Source: Chrysomallon squamiferum (lineage: Eukaryota > Animalia > Mollusca). From it: a stretch of 64,000 nucleotides of DNA. The DNA lies in assembly GCA_012295275.1 (NCBI GenBank), contig CM022670.1, positions 20,398,001 through 20,462,000 of the forward strand, in the 5' to 3' direction. Positions 40,399 to 55,387 of this stretch are shown piece by piece. The notes below the pieces were generated by a model. That model saw only the letters and a program-made list of their open reading frames with translations, had not been told where the DNA came from and did no database searches. Every line of letters begins with the position of its first letter. The first letter of the stretch is position 1. The translations under genes and the position numbers were made by a program.

Positions 40399-41107
40399 CA
40401 TTATATATGTGTGTATTATCTATGTATGTTATTTTCATACTAATCTCTGTCATAGATAGTTTAATTAACTGGCTAATTATTAATCTGATATCTAAAGATG
40501 AAAAGACTTTCACAAATGTTGAACATACATTCATATTGTTACCAATCAGAATGCAAACTGGTAGCTCACACAGACAAGTGACATCACTGAAAAAATGCAA
40601 TGAGACTGTTTCCAAATTACTGGCTAATGAAGAACGGATGTTAATCATTGTAGTGTATATAGTATAGAAACTACATCTGTTTGTTTTGTACACTGATATT
40701 CATATTTAATATATCTATACACAGCTCTTTTTATTAATATAAAAATAAGCATACCCTATAATACAGGAATAAATGGAATAATACAGACTTACTTCATAAT
40801 GTTTTCTGCTATGCACTATTAGTCATATGCTAGGAAAAATCTAATCCAGTAATAATAAAACAATTGAAAATTATATATTTATATCTATTTTTGATAACCG
40901 GATAACTGTTCAAGTGAAACCAGTATGGACATAAAGGTATTATAATATTTATAAATTTAAATACATTTTCATGGATGATTTCCCTTTGATTTCACATGAT
41001 TTGTATATAAAATAATATTTTACTTAAGTAAATAAGATTAATCATGTGCAAAAAAAAATCAAAGGAATTATAACAAGACTTGTAAATAGATGATGGGTTT
41101 GTTGTGG

Positions 41108-41415
41108 CTCACTGATTAGTGTGAAAGGCAAAGACATGATGGGTTGCAGAATAACTCTTCTTAGCACACCAACAGACCATTTCCCAATCCAGCCAGTGCT
41201 TGACAATTTGTTTTATCAAATGCTGTGGTATGTGTTTTCCTGTACAAGTGACGATGTATATAAAAGATCCCTTGATACTAACTGGAAAAGGGTAACCATT
41301 GTGCAGTGTCAGTGGGTTTCCTCTTGGTTTATCTGTATTATCTTTAACAATATGTATGTTGCCATAAACACAGATTATGAGTAGCAAACATAACATTAAT
41401 AAACATAACATTTCT
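41108..41415 (+). mobile_element. Decayed tRNA-derived SINE (family A), best-preserved copy; core resembles the Meta/RUDI-type SINE core of molluscs
   Basis: Core ...ccagccagtgc...gtggtatgtgttttcctgt...gtatataaaagatcccttgatactaactggaaaagggta...gtgggtttcctc... and a tail ending acatttctccctt; similar to more than 10 other loci in the window. Family name is from memory. Confidence 0.7.
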
Positions 41416-41887
41416 CCCTTGCTTTGCTGACACTAAGTTATGTTTAATTTTATGGTATATTGAAACTATTTCAATGTATTGAAAGCTGAAATATCATGCC
41501 TGTTTAAAGTGTAATTACAATAAAAAGTTCATGCACAGTTTGGTGTATTTAGTTATAAGGTTACATTCCCAGAAACTGTTGAAAAGAGTACTGTTACAAT
41601 TCAAGTAGAATCAAAATTAAATTTAACCCCATAACTGACGTAATTCTGTGAAAATTTGGTGGACATTCTATGAAAATTCAGTTTTGTTGTAATATAAGTT
41701 TAATTACTTTAAGATGTTCATGAAAATTATTCAGAAATTTTTTTTAAAATATATTTTGTTATAACATGGCTTTGACAAAGCCCAGATAATGTAATTACAA
41801 TAAAATTAATATATAATTTTCTGGAACATTTTGCTCTCCCTAATAAATTCTTCTTAAAATAATAATAATTTAAAAAAAGAGATAAAT

Positions 41888-41976
41888 CCTACATAAGTTT
41901 TCTACAAATTTTGCTGTGAAATAACATTAAAATCTAACATAAATTTGCAGAAAAATTTGTAGAAAATCTATGTTGG
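41888..41976. repeat. Inverted repeat, ~30-bp arms with a ~30-bp spacer
   Basis: cctacataagttttctacaaattttgctg versus the reverse complement of cagaaaaatttgtagaaaatctatgttgg. Confidence 0.75.
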
Positions 41977-42301
41977 AAACCTAGTATTTAAATTAGAAGA
42001 GAATCAAAAAGTGCTGCCAGCAAATTTAATATCTATAATGTCCTACTAAAATTCTAGTACACATTATATTAAAAACAGTTTTACTGTAGAAGAATTCTGA
42101 ACATACAATCTGTTGGTAACATAAACAGCAACATTGGTTTGTGAGAAGTGTACAGATGGTCTTCATTACTAAAATAACAAGTATATTGACTGGTGACAAA
42201 TAATGATACACTTTTACCTGTTTAGATTTGAATGCAGACAATTATAAGCAAATTCAAGCAACAATAATTATATTGCATGGCATCTTCTACTTATTTTGAC
42301 T

Positions 42302-42930
42302 GGAAAGGATATAGATTGATATTATGTGGTAATTAGTACATAAAAAGGAAAGGAATGTATTGTGTGATAATTAGTACGTTAAAGGGAAATGATATAGACA
42401 GATATTGTATAGTAATTAGTACATTAAAGGTAAAGTATATAAACAAATATTGTGGTAATCAGCACATTAAGGGAAAAGGATGTAGACAGATATTGTGTGA
42501 TAATCAATACATTAAAAGGAAAGGATATAAACAACAATATGTAGTAATCAGTACATTAAAGTGAAGGGATATAGACAGATATTGTGTTCTAATTATTGCG
42601 TTATGGCAAAAGAAGATTTATATTGTAATCATATATCAAAAGGAAAGGATATAAATAGATATTGTATGGTACAATAAAAGGAAAGGATATAGACATTTAT
42701 TGTGGTGATTAATACATTAAAAGGAAAGAATATTGTGAGGAAATTAGTACAAACAAGGTGAAAGATACAGACAGATATTTTGTGGTAATAAGCACATTAG
42801 CTGAAAAGGATATAGACTGATATTGTCTGGTATTAGTACATTAAAATGAAAGGATATAAACTGATATGTGGTAATTAGTGTATTAAAGGGAAAGAATATA
42901 GACTGATATTGTGTAGTATTTTGTACAATA
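42302..42930. repeat. ~43-bp minisatellite (aaaggaaaggatatagacagatattgtgtggtaattagtacatt)
   Basis: About 14 head-to-tail imperfect copies with no unique spacers. Confidence 0.88.
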
Positions 42931-44016
42931 AAGAGAAAGAATTTAGGAATAAATAAAATATCAAAAATAGGTAGGTAATTATATGAATATATGGAGTAAT
43001 AAAAAATGAATAAAAAATAGAATATTTAAAAAAAAAAAAAAAGAGAAAAATAATAAAGAATAAAGATAAAATTGAAAAATACCCCCCCCCAAAAAAATAA
43101 AAAATAAAATACACAAGGTAACAGAATTAATTGATTTATGCTTTAAGTTTTTAAAAATTTATATACACTTTTTTTTACCATTAAGTATAAAAGATCTGCA
43201 TCATTTATTTATTGTAGATATTAATTCTTGTTCGTAGCAAACGTTTTTTTTGTTTTTTTTTGACTGGAGTGTTTGGATTATTATTTTAAAGAAATGTTAT
43301 TGTTTGTCATTCTTGCAAAAGTATTAAAACAGATGTTTTTTTGTTTTCTTAAATAACTTTTATTTATTTATTTATTAAGTGATCAATTTTTTATTGTTTT
43401 ACTGCTGAAACTATTTCTTTCTTTTTAACATTCTAAATATACTGGACTGTTTATAAACTCACATATATAAAACCTTTGTATTACTTAAATTTAGGAGAGT
43501 CATCTTTGAGTGTAGGGAGTTATTTCATATTCTAGAACGGGTTCACTCCACAGCTGATTTAGTAAATGCCTTGGTATGTACAAACCTGCAAATGATCTGG
43601 CCACAAGTCAGATTTTACATTCAAATACCTATGTAAGTATATATGTGTATATCTTGAATGATTCAATTTAGTACCTTACTGTTTGATTTACTGAAACAAT
43701 ATTTCACTCTAGCATAAAGGAAGTTCTACATAAACACACTTTACAGTATAATTTAATTCTGTACATAATTTGTTTGTTTTTATGACAAGATTACACATTT
43801 GCTGAATATAACTGATTAAATACAAGTGTTGAGATGTGATTAAACAAATATTCCTTCATTTCATCATAATCAATTCACAACATGTTGATTGTCATCTGAT
43901 TTGATTTGGTATGATCAAAGCTTTCCGTATTATAATAACAGAGAAAAATCACTGATTATATCAATATTGGTTTAGTGACACTTATTTTGTATTAAAATGT
44001 TATTCTAATATATCAT

Positions 44017-44152
44017 GAGTGAGGAAACACACTGACACAGAACCATGGGCTGGTGTTAACAATTAATAACAAGAATTTTTTTTTAATTTGCACCTTTTAT
44101 AGAAAAGAAAGGAGATATTACAGCACGATGACTTTGCTGGAATGGGAAATAT
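44017..44152 (-). mobile_element. SINE family A fragment
   Basis: gagtgaggaaac...catgggct...tgcacc...gctggaatgggaaata. Confidence 0.55.
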
Positions 44153-45163
44153 TTGAATAAAGAGTTGAATTATTCGAAGCCACTTCTGTTACATTTAAAT
44201 CATAAACTGCAAAATATTTCATATGCCACAACAGCTGACAGATCAGTTAGAGAAAATAAAAGAATAACATCTTTTAGAATGACTTTGATCTCACCAACAA
44301 CCAAATCTGAGAAATACTTCAGTTTACAGAAATATAACATTGTAATTTTTATCTTTTATTTCATACTAGTCACAACTAGATGTAAGAAATGGTGATAAAT
44401 TTACTAATGAGCCATTCCTTACTACAAGTCAAATGACAAAGCATCTTCATTGCAGATGAAATAACCAAGAGACCCTTAACTTGTTGCTAGAATATTTTCT
44501 TTCAGTTGATTTATTATTAAGCAGGCAGTATCCATCCAATTATGCCACTTGTACAATTCTTAATTTTATGTATTATTTTAAATATTCAGTAGGTCAGCAT
44601 CTATTAATATAATTATGATGGACAAAGAAACAAGGGAAAAACATTGGCTATAAATCACACTCATCAGAACAAAATTCAAATATGTCAAAGAGGATTACAT
44701 GGGAAATGATAACATAAAATAAAATAGATATTAAGAAATAATATCAGTTTTCTTATTTAATTTAACAAATAAGCAAAACAAATTATTTAAAAAAAACCCC
44801 AAAATGAAACAAAAAATAAAAAAGCAAGCAAACACACACAAATCCCTGAAGCAGGTTTTCAAAAAAAGAATGCTGTAGCCATTAGGAAACATATCAATCA
44901 TAATAACAAAAGTGTAGCTATTTCATCTGGTTAAGTTAGTTTGCATATTAAAATCTGATTAAATGCAATTAAATTAATTTAATTATGTGAAAAGTGATCT
45001 ATGTAATCTAGAGAGAAACATATGTATTTAAAAATATTTCAAGCAGATTTGACATGGGTTTGAACTCTTTCACATCAAACACAAAAACATATGCTTGTGA
45101 CAAGTTTGCTTCAAATGTAAATGGATAAGGCTAAGAAGCTTATTTAATTGTTTTGCAATGAAC

Positions 45164-45372
45164 GAAGAAGAAAACAAATGTTCTATTTAACAATGCTCTC
45201 ATCATTTTTGTAATTAGCAGTAACATGGCACTGTACATATCTTTACTATCTGCAGAGAAACAGACAAAACCCACTGTTTCATTCTTTTTATTTGTAACAA
45301 TTTATCTGCACCATCCCAAAATCAGATAAATCAGCCTTGGGACACTGACTGGAACAGGAAATGGTCTAATGT
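45164..45372 (-). mobile_element. SINE family A fragment
   Basis: aaatgttctatttaacaatgc...tgcaccatccca...cactgactggaacaggaaatggtc. Confidence 0.55.
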
Positions 45373-46949
45373 CATGCACACTGTGCTGTTGTTTATTCTG
45401 AATTGTTCATATAGTGCTGTTCATTTTCATATGGAGATAAAGATCCATGTATTTAATAACAGTATTTTCAGCCACTGTGGTATTCCATGCAGGATGTGAT
45501 AAAAATGCCAGTTATGAGCACATGCTAATAATTACAAAGAGTGGACAATAGTGATTAAGTAAAATCATGCTATTTTGCCAGTTGCTGTTAAACCAGTTGG
45601 GAAAAGCAATTATCACAGTGGTTGACTGTCACTGCTTAGCTATTGTTCAAAATGTCTCTGCCATGTTGCACTTCCATTATGTATGAAATAACTTGATTAT
45701 TCTTACTTATTGTGTAACACCAATTGAGCATCTGTAGAATTATTGTCAGCTTGTTGATTATACAACCAAGATAAGTAGGAACAGAGAATCATGGAATCTG
45801 TCTGGTATTGATGTAGTTGATAAAAATAAGCAGTGCCATATTTAAGTGTAACTAAACAGGATACAGCATAGGGCCTCACAAACCACAAAGGCCTTAAATA
45901 TGGGAATAATATGAAATTCAGTTTAAATATTTTTGCAAATAAAGCAATTCTTTTCTTCTCTTTTTTGACAAGGATGCTCCAAAATTTATATAACTTAGTG
46001 TACTGCCAAGTTCACAAAATGTGGTACTAGGATCTGATCTATAAAAATGTATAGGGATGGCAATGGTTATTCTCTAGAAGATGAAACAATGGGCAATATA
46101 TCTTTGTATTCCTTTTGAGAGAGTAATGTATCCAAAGATCAGTGTGCTCTGTTCTGTGTTATTTTAAATTATTTATTTGTCCTACCCTTGTAGTAAATTT
46201 TACTTTAGTCTTTGGGTCATATGTTCAACCACATGAAAGAAACCTGGATGACTAGAGTATTATGTTAACTAGGAAAAAAGGTAATGTAATTAAAAGGCTT
46301 TCAGGTGAATTTAAGAATCTATTGTTCTTGTATTTTACTTCAGCAGTTATAGTATAGTTTCTTTGTAAAGCTATGATAAAAGAGATGAACTTAAAACAGA
46401 ATATATATGGGTTTTAACTGCCAAATAAAAACATAAAAATCCCTTTTAGGTGAACAAATTGTATTAACATATAACTGAAGCCTTAAGACTTTCTTGTTAT
46501 CTTTATTTTTCAGTTCCTTGATTAACAGTTTTATTCTGGTTCCTAATTTAGCAATGTCATCACTCTGGAACCAAGTGACACTGATACACATGTCTTAAAA
46601 CAAAGCTATTTAATTCCTTAATTTGAGGATGGAAAGATTTGGATTGTCAGAGCGTATCTGCCTTTTTTTCCAACTGTTTTTTTTTTCTGCTCAGCTCACA
46701 CTGTGGATTGCAGAAATAAAGATTTTTAAGCAATTAGTTTGATTACAAAATTGTATAATACAGGAAACTGAGCATATACAGATTTGCAATGCCAGACAAC
46801 ATTGTTTTCTGGTTAACTATTTGTTCTGCTGACTGATTTTTAAATTTACCCATTTCAGTCTTTGATATTCAATACCATTTCACAATTAACTATTATATTT
46901 TTTATCAGCTTATTACAGTGTACTTAAAAAACTCCTCATCATGTGTCCC

Positions 46950-47132
46950 TAGATACATTTATCAAGGACCATGCTGTGTTTTCTTGATAGCATTTAAAGA
47001 GATACCTTGCTGCTATTCATAAAAAAGATTAGACTTTGTGGCACCAGTGGGTTTTTTCTTTCATTATCTGTATCATTCTTAACGATATAACCTTAAATCA
47101 GAAATGGTAAATTAAACATTTCCTTCTTCCTT
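46950..47132 (+). mobile_element. SINE family A, 3' part
   Basis: tatcaaggaccatg...ccttgctgcta...gtggcaccagtgggttt...aaacatttccttcttcc tail. Confidence 0.6.
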
Positions 47133-49502
47133 TAAAATCCAGTTCAGTATTTAGAAATTCTCTATACTGTATTCTAATATTCTATTGTCACTACTCTGGA
47201 ATCTAGATTTATTACATCAAGTTACAAATGTTCATGAAATTCTATAATGTCTAATTGAGGAAGGAATGGTTTGGATTGCCAGAGAAAATTGCTTTCTGGT
47301 TCAGTAACTGGAAATGATCATAAATATATCCTGTCTCTCTTTGACCTTTAAATTTTTGCAGCCCAGTCACTTCTGCTGGACTGTCTCAATAACAATCAAA
47401 TTGAAATGAGAATAAAAAAGTGAGAAGTGGACCATACATTGTGACAGTGCTGGCAGGGCCACTATAACTGAAGGGAATAATTGATAAAGCCTCATTCTTA
47501 TCATTAATTATTGTCAGTATTAAAGCTTGCAAAAGGCCGTCAAAAATCAATTATTAACAATACACAATCATTTACAGTGTTCCTTGATCCAGAAAACACA
47601 AAAACAGAAATCTTCCTCAGCAAGATCTCGCAATCAAAGTGAAATGTGTCAATCAATAGAGCAAAGTTAGTTTCTAGAGGCTACAAGACTGTGTGGGATA
47701 GAACAGAGGACACTTGTATAATTCTAATGCATCAGCAACTGAATGTTGCCTTATATATATATATATATTTTTTTTAAACTTTCACTTTTTAAAATTGTAG
47801 AAAAAACTGAAGAAAAAGCTGAATCTTATGAATAATTATTTATTAAAAAAAACAAAAACAAATAACAAAAAAAGAAAAACATCCAGCATCTTTGTGTGTT
47901 TGTATCACAGAATATTTGTGACCAGCTGTAAATTACTATATAAAAGATTGATGATAATGTTCACTGTGCTATAATCATTAGAAGTACATGTAGACATTTT
48001 GTTTTAATTATTTAGATTTTTGATTTTTCACTTCAAATTACTTTTTGAAACACCTTAGTAGTTTTCTAAAACTGAGATGAGTAAATAAATATGAATATAT
48101 TTAAATTTGTGAACAAAATTTTTACAAAAACTTGACACAGATATCAGACCCATCCACCTAACATGAAAAATACAATGAAATTTTCAAATTTTTCTAAACT
48201 AACAAAATAAATACAAATAAAAAATAAAAAAATAAATTTAAAATCTTTAAGAAGAAAGTGAAATTTTATCCTCCACTGGTGGGTCAATATTCTACAGAAT
48301 TCTCACAATCTAGATTTACTACTTTTAAATGCATTGTAAAAAAGAAATAAAAGTAATGGAAAGAAAGAAAAAAGAAATTTGATTTAACACGTAGGAGTTG
48401 TGCAACAAATAAAAAATGAATTAACAGAAAACAGAAAACAAAGACAAGAAACTGCATAAGAAAAAGAAAATTCCCTTGATACTGTAAAAGTGTTTCAATA
48501 AGTAAAGAAACACAGTCCTATTGTAAGAAAAGTATCAGTAAGATGATTTATGAAATTTTGTGATCTTTATCTATTGTTGATACTCAGTATATTTTTCATC
48601 ATGCAACAAAATTAAAATATCAATTTGTTCTGAAAAGTTAAGACATAAAACTTATTTAAATCCAGTTACTGAAGCATATAAGATGATGCAATGCATTTGT
48701 TTTCAGAACAACATAAGTTTAATTAAATAATTCAATGTTAAAATTATTATGAATATTTTATCAAATAAAAAGACAAAAGAGAAAAAGAAAAAAATAATTT
48801 TTATTTTATATATGCAATCTTTAAATTGTCTATAAGATGAGTTTTTAATTAAAATAATTAACAAACAAAAAAATATATATAGTTTAGTAAATCAGTTAAA
48901 TATTTATAACATTAAAATAATGAATATTTATTTAATAGATCTCAGCACATTTTAAAATTAATGTTCATTAAATAACAAATACACAATTTTTGCTTAATAA
49001 TAATAATATTAGAGAGAAAATCCTCTTAGCACCAATGTTTTCTTTTATAAAAGAAATTTTATTTTCTTCCGTTCATTTAGGGCAAAACACATAACAAGGA
49101 GCAGCAATGACAGATATCACAAGAAAATCACTACAGTGAATTGATCCTTGGATCTGTCAAACCTGAGGTAAACACAATTACTGAGACACCAACTGTTGTT
49201 GTTTTCAAACCTAAATATTTATTTGTGTAGTATAATTATTTTGCTGTTATTTCTCCTTGCACTAATTACAACTGAATTATTCAGTATTAATAATTATGTT
49301 CTTGAAGAAGATAATTATACTAAACAGTGGTATTAAGAATTAATATTTTCCTGGGTCCAAACAAAAATCATGTCGAAAGAAGTAAATACTATAACTGTTT
49401 CTGAATGGGCATTTTAAGAAATTACATAAAAATATTTAAAGAAAAAACTAGTTTATTGTTGTTAAAAGATTAAAAGAATATCTAACTTAAGACAAAATAA
49501 TG

Positions 49503-49506
<4 letters not shown>

Positions 49507-49564
<58 letters not shown>

Positions 49565-49586
49565 TAAATAAACAGAGAGAAAAAAA

Positions 49587-49644
<58 letters not shown>

Positions 49645-49670
49645 GTAATAAAAATAGTAATAATAATAAA
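49507..49670. repeat. Compound (GA)n and (AAT)n microsatellite
   Basis: Read directly. Confidence 0.95.
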
Positions 49671-50179
49671 AAACCTGTGAGAAAATGTTCATTATAACAG
49701 TAATTTATTTGAGCAAACATTGTATGAAATGTATAAAAAAAGTGAATCAAATTAGTTATGAGGCACTGCTGATCATCTGACATTTAGAAAACTCATAACT
49801 CCCAAGTAATGGCTACTAGCTTTCATTGTAAAAGGGCAGCTGGTGGACTAAATAATGTAAATATGTGGAGAGGAAGATAGGTATCAGTAAAATAGTGCAT
49901 GTGGAGAAATGTTTAATATATATGTAAATATCTAATACATTAATTGTTATGATTAAATAGATTTGTTGTAAATAACTGGACATGTGAGAGGCAAATTGTA
50001 ATGTTATTTTGGTATTTAAAGAAAACTGAAGAAAATGTATATATTTTGGTTTAGTTTAAACTGTTTGATATTAAAATTTATCTTTAAAAAATTATCTGAA
50101 ATTTAAATGTTTCAAAAAAATGATTGTACATGATTTATTTATAACAAGCTTTCTTTTACAATTAGATTGTCTTTGTTAT

Positions 50180-50325
50180 TTTGTCATCATTGGTATTTAT
50201 TTTATTTACACATCTAAATGGTCTTTATTATTTTATGTATACATGTGAAACAAAAATGGTCTTTATCATTTTATATATACATCTCAGATGAAATGAAAAA
50301 TGGTATTTATTATTTTATCTAGATA
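50180..50325. repeat. ~30-40-bp tandem repeat (aatggtctttattattttatatacat)
   Basis: 4 imperfect copies. Confidence 0.65.
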
Positions 50326-50787
50326 TTTCACACACACACACACACAAATTTAAAATAAAATTAAAAATTGACTAATTGATCACATTCCTTTTTTTATCAT
50401 TACAAAAACCTTTATAGTCAGTTTCATTCTATGATCTAGACTTGAGCAATAAACATTTTTTTCTCACCCTGAAAACAAAAACTGTTTTCTAGCAAATAAA
50501 GAATGATTAATGGGAGGATATTTGACAGATTAATTCATTAACATTAATAATAGAATTCCATTTGACTTTGTGATGGTATTAAATCAGAAACTTGGCTGAT
50601 GAATCGGCAGAATGTGAGAACTAATTATACTAAAATGGAATAGTAACTTTTATAGTATTAGGAAAAAACACAAACACATACACACACAAAAACCCCCCAC
50701 ACAACACATATATAAATAAAAATATTTAAATAAATGAATAAATACATTAATGATTGTTTGGCATTGTTCTTACATAATAATTGTTTT

Positions 50788-50910
50788 AGAGAGGAAACCT
50801 CACTTGACTGTTCTAATCTTATTGATTAGCAGCTAGGGATCTTTTATATGAATGTTCCCATAGAGATAAAAGTCTACACACAGCCTTTCAGTTACTGTCT
50901 GTAGTGGGAA
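50788..50910 (-). mobile_element. SINE family A core fragment
   Basis: agagaggaaacc...gattagcagctagggatcttttatatg...cccata...cacagccttt. Confidence 0.65.
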
Positions 50911-51949
50911 TTTACACTGCAGTTCATTCAGCATTCATGAGTTTTGTCATAATTTTATTCTATGACAAAAAGTTCAGAATTTGTTTCTGGTTTAATTCAA
51001 ATTATTAAGAATTAGGATTTATTAAATTATTTTTTTTTTTAATTTTGAATAACTCTTTTGTCAATCAATGTAAAAGTTAATCAACTTGTTTCTTTTTTTC
51101 TAAATATTATATTAACTAGAATTATAAAAAAAATGTTTTTTTTTAATTTGTTGAATATTTTTTTTAAAGCAAAAAGACAAAATGTAACATGGAAACACAC
51201 TTAGTATAATTAATTGTTTAATGGTCTTTTATTTAGTTGTTCTTTAGTTATCATACCTTTGGTATTTTCAACATTAAATAATTTAAAAGTTACCTGTTTG
51301 ATTCATGGTACCTATCACAAAACAATACTGAATACTATATGCAAATTGTTCATTTATTTCCTTGCATTGTTTCAGAAATTTGTTAATTTTAATGTCTTTC
51401 CTAGAATTCTATATATAAATTAAAGGATGTATATGGCCAAAACTGTGATTAATAATTAAGAAAATCATAGCATTTGTTATGAAAAAGAAAATTTAAAACC
51501 AGGGTCAGCTGACTGAAACCTCTTATTCTTAACAATTATAGAAACCAGACTTAAAAAAATATGTTGCCTAAAGTTTCAGTCTAAGAGTTTTGTAAGGACA
51601 TGCTTATAAAGCTGTATATAACAGATACCGGTATATAAACAGCCTGACATCATAAAACATATATTCCCTGTGGAGATCTTAGGTCATTTCTCACATGCCA
51701 CCTCTGCAGTAAGTGCTAATCAGATGTACCAGAATGAAATATTAGCTGTAGGCTGACTGATTAAAATACTGCAAACCTATGGGAGTCACAAAAAGTAAGG
51801 AACTGCAGAAATGAGACCAAAATTATAAACATTTATACATGTGTGTGTATAAAATCATCATCATCATCATCATAAATGTCAAATATCTTCTCTGGTGTGA
51901 AAGATGAAAACATTCATAGATGTGGCATCCTTAGTAAAATTTGAGAAAA

Positions 51950-52165
51950 GGAAGGGATGAATTTATTCTTAGAAGGAATGCATTTAGTTCAGAGGAATAA
52001 ACAGATTTAAAGGAATAATGTATTCAAGTAGGAGAAATATATTAAAATAAGAGTAATGTTTTAAAGGGAAATACTTTCAAGTAGGAATAACACACTTAAA
52101 GCACAAATACAAACAGGTAGGAGTAACGTTTTAAAATAGAACTATCTCATGGTAGGAGTAATTTT
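51950..52165. repeat. Degenerate ~20-bp tandem repeat (aggaataa..tttaaa)
   Basis: Recurring ggaata/ggagta units. Confidence 0.55.
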
Positions 52166-54163
52166 AATGACTGTACTTCATAACATTCAATTTTCTTTTT
52201 TTATGTCCACCCCATCACAATTTTTTTTCTTTTATGTGACTTACCACAAAATGACAAATAAAGCCTACTAAAGTATGCTAAGATATTTCCAAAATAAACA
52301 TCTCTTCCTTCTTTCTTTGATATATTCACACACCCAAAGGCAATCCGTGTCACATATAATATCATTTGGTCAGCATGATCCTTCTACAAGACCAATTACA
52401 CAGATATATTTTGCCTTGAACTTTTTCCATTTTGCCTCCTACTACTCTTAATATAAACACTAATAACCTGTTTGGCTTTTTTCTGCCATTTAAGCATTAT
52501 ATTGCTTCTGGTAGTGTAATGGTTACTGGGTCATCTTTACAAGTCCATCAGGTTGTTGAAAATATGGTGGTATTTGATATTTGTTTTTCCAAATACTAAT
52601 GTTATTGTTAAATAACTAAAAATTTAATTTTAAGATCTGAATCTAATAAATAAGATATAGTTATTATTAAATTTAAAAAAAAGAATCAGTTGATATTGAT
52701 ATAATTATTTCAAGTAGAACTTTGTAGCTAATTATGATTTTTTTACAGTAATACATAAACATACACAGAGGAAAACTTAACCTAATCTGTCTTTTTACTA
52801 AATGGAAAAAAACAAAACAAAAAACACCCATGAACAAAGAAAAAAACCCACATAATTATGCACATTCTCACCAGATTTGAGAAACCTGTTTTAGTTAAAA
52901 TTAAAAAAAAATTAAAAAATAAAAAAATCAATTTTCAAGCACTGACTTAGTCCTGGTGTGTCTAAAGGGACAATGTCAAGGAAGATCTTTCACAGCAATT
53001 TGAAAAGAGGAAAATACTGAGAGCTAATGTTTTTATTTCCCAGCATTAAACTATCCATCACAGCCAAATTCAACAAGCTACGCAGCCAGGAATGAATTAA
53101 AGTGTAATGACATCCCACACAAAAAAAAATACTTGGCCTGATGGGTGTCATGTTTGAAGACATCATTATACTATATTCATTAGCATTTTTTTATATTTTT
53201 TTATTTTTTTTTTTTTTTTTTTTTTTGCCATTGATAATCTGATTACTAACAAAATTAATTTCATTATAAATTCTTGTCCTTACATTATTAATTAATAGCC
53301 TTTAGTTGGGATTAGAGTATGTTCTGTTAATAAAATATTTCATAAAGAGTCTTTTGATACATCTATTTTCTACTTCACCATGGTTCCATATATTCTGCAT
53401 CAAAATCTGTAATACATTCAGTTTAGACTATATGATCCAGTAAACAGAAATCATTAACAGTTTCTACCAGATTGGATAAAGGTTTGTTAAAATAAATTTT
53501 TGAGAAAGTACAAAATGCACAATAGGAATAATAAACCTTTTTTTTTTTTTTTAAATCACCCTGTTGAATATTTGCCATTATAGGAGGATTACTACAGGTA
53601 CAAATATAAAGTGATAGACTGTCCATTAGAAAAACTAACAATTGTTAATATAGAAATGTTTGTTCATCAGCCTTTATTTATATGATCACTCACATAGCTG
53701 TAACTTATTTAGATAACCTTAAACCATCTGGTTCGTGTTAATCTTTTCAAACTGCAAGCAGTTTGAATGTGACATCTATATTTGAAGATATGTTTACAGG
53801 ATGTACTTAAGTTACATAACAGTTTTACATTATAAATTCTCACAATTATCCATCATGGCTGCAAATTATATTTTGTACAATATAGGCATAATGCAGACAG
53901 CCTGATCATCTCTAGATATTATTTACTATTACAGTGAATAAGGTTATGTTTGGTCACAATTTATTCTTGTACAATATAAACAATAGAAGAAACTCTCTGA
54001 GTGTCAAATAGTTCACTGTTACAGTGATCAAAGAAAGCTTAACTACTGATTCTTGTACATGAAACACTGTTGATTACCAGAGACAGACTGCAAGATCAAC
54101 TTAACTGAGCCTGATTTTGTACAGAACAGAACAGAAAACTTTGCTAAAAGGTGGAAATGATTA

Positions 54164-54496
54164 AACCTGTTCTTACACAGTATACCCAGTTACAAGTATC
54201 AGTTTATCAGATCTCAGTTACACACTTTGCTATTACGATGACTGTATTAACACTGCTAAAACTTGTTCTCAAACAATATATCCATTTACACATTGTTCTA
54301 ACACTACATATCCAGTTATAATATTTGGTTATCAGATATCTGTTAAACACTTTGCTATTACAGTGGTTGTTGTATTGATGTTTAAACATGTTCTCACACA
54401 GTATATCTAGTTATGAGTATCTGATTATCAGGCCTCTGTTAAACACTTTGCTACTACAGTGACTGTAGTAACACTGTTAGAACTTGTTCTTACACA
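54164..54496. repeat. ~95-bp tandem repeat, about 3.4 copies
   Basis: tgttct..acacagtatatccagtta...ttatcaga..tctgttaaacactttgcta.tacag.gactgta recurs three times. Confidence 0.8.
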
Positions 54497-54945
54497 CCAC
54501 AGCCTATACTAAACGTTACAATCAGTCATTGGTGGAGGACAAGAAAAAGCAATCTGATACAGGAAGAGACAGGAAAACTCTACATGGTGATATAATGAAG
54601 ATAAATAAGAACAAAATAGCCGGCCTTTCAACTAGTGATTTCACTTAATCTGTAGATTTTTGTGCTGACAAATAAAAATTGATTGAGGGGAATATTATTT
54701 TACAGTTTAAGATATATAACTATGAATAATAATTCAAAAATCTTATATCCCATTATTAGTATAGCTATATGATGTACACAAGTAGAGAATGTGAAAGTCA
54801 AATAGACATTTATGATTGTATCATGACATAAACATGAATGCATACATGAATATTCAAGTGTGTGCATGTATCTAGCTGTTTTGTTTTACTGTATGCTCTG
54901 TGTATATATTATACACTATCGGAATATGCGTATATGTGGTGTGAT

Positions 54946-54955
54946 GTGTGTGTGT

Positions 54956-55053
<98 letters not shown>

Positions 55054-55062
55054 CAGAGAGAG
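54946..55062. repeat. Compound (TG)n-(AG)n microsatellite
   Basis: Read directly. Confidence 0.95.
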
Positions 55063-55387
55063 ATCCCAGTGTCGATATTTATTTTAAAATAATTGTTTAT
55101 ATCCAAAACATACATGCTGTGTTTTTAAATCTATAATTTTTCCCCATGAGACTATTAAACTGAGATATTTAACTGTGATGTTTGATTCAGAGTCACAAAG
55201 TGTAGGTCTGCTTTGTATATCAAAATCAATACATATAACATATATCTCTCTATAGTAAAACACAGTCACTGCTTATAATACAAAAATGTATCTTACTTAA
55301 TTTAATACTGTTGAAAATGTTCAGATGAATTTGATGCTAAAATCAATGTTTTCTTTATACATCCTAAATGATTGTTCAGTTTAAATA

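Noticed and set aside
42302-42930. Regular ~43-bp array as a possible CRISPR
   Set aside because: Units are head-to-tail and degenerate with no unique spacers, there are no cas genes, and the context is a eukaryotic intron.
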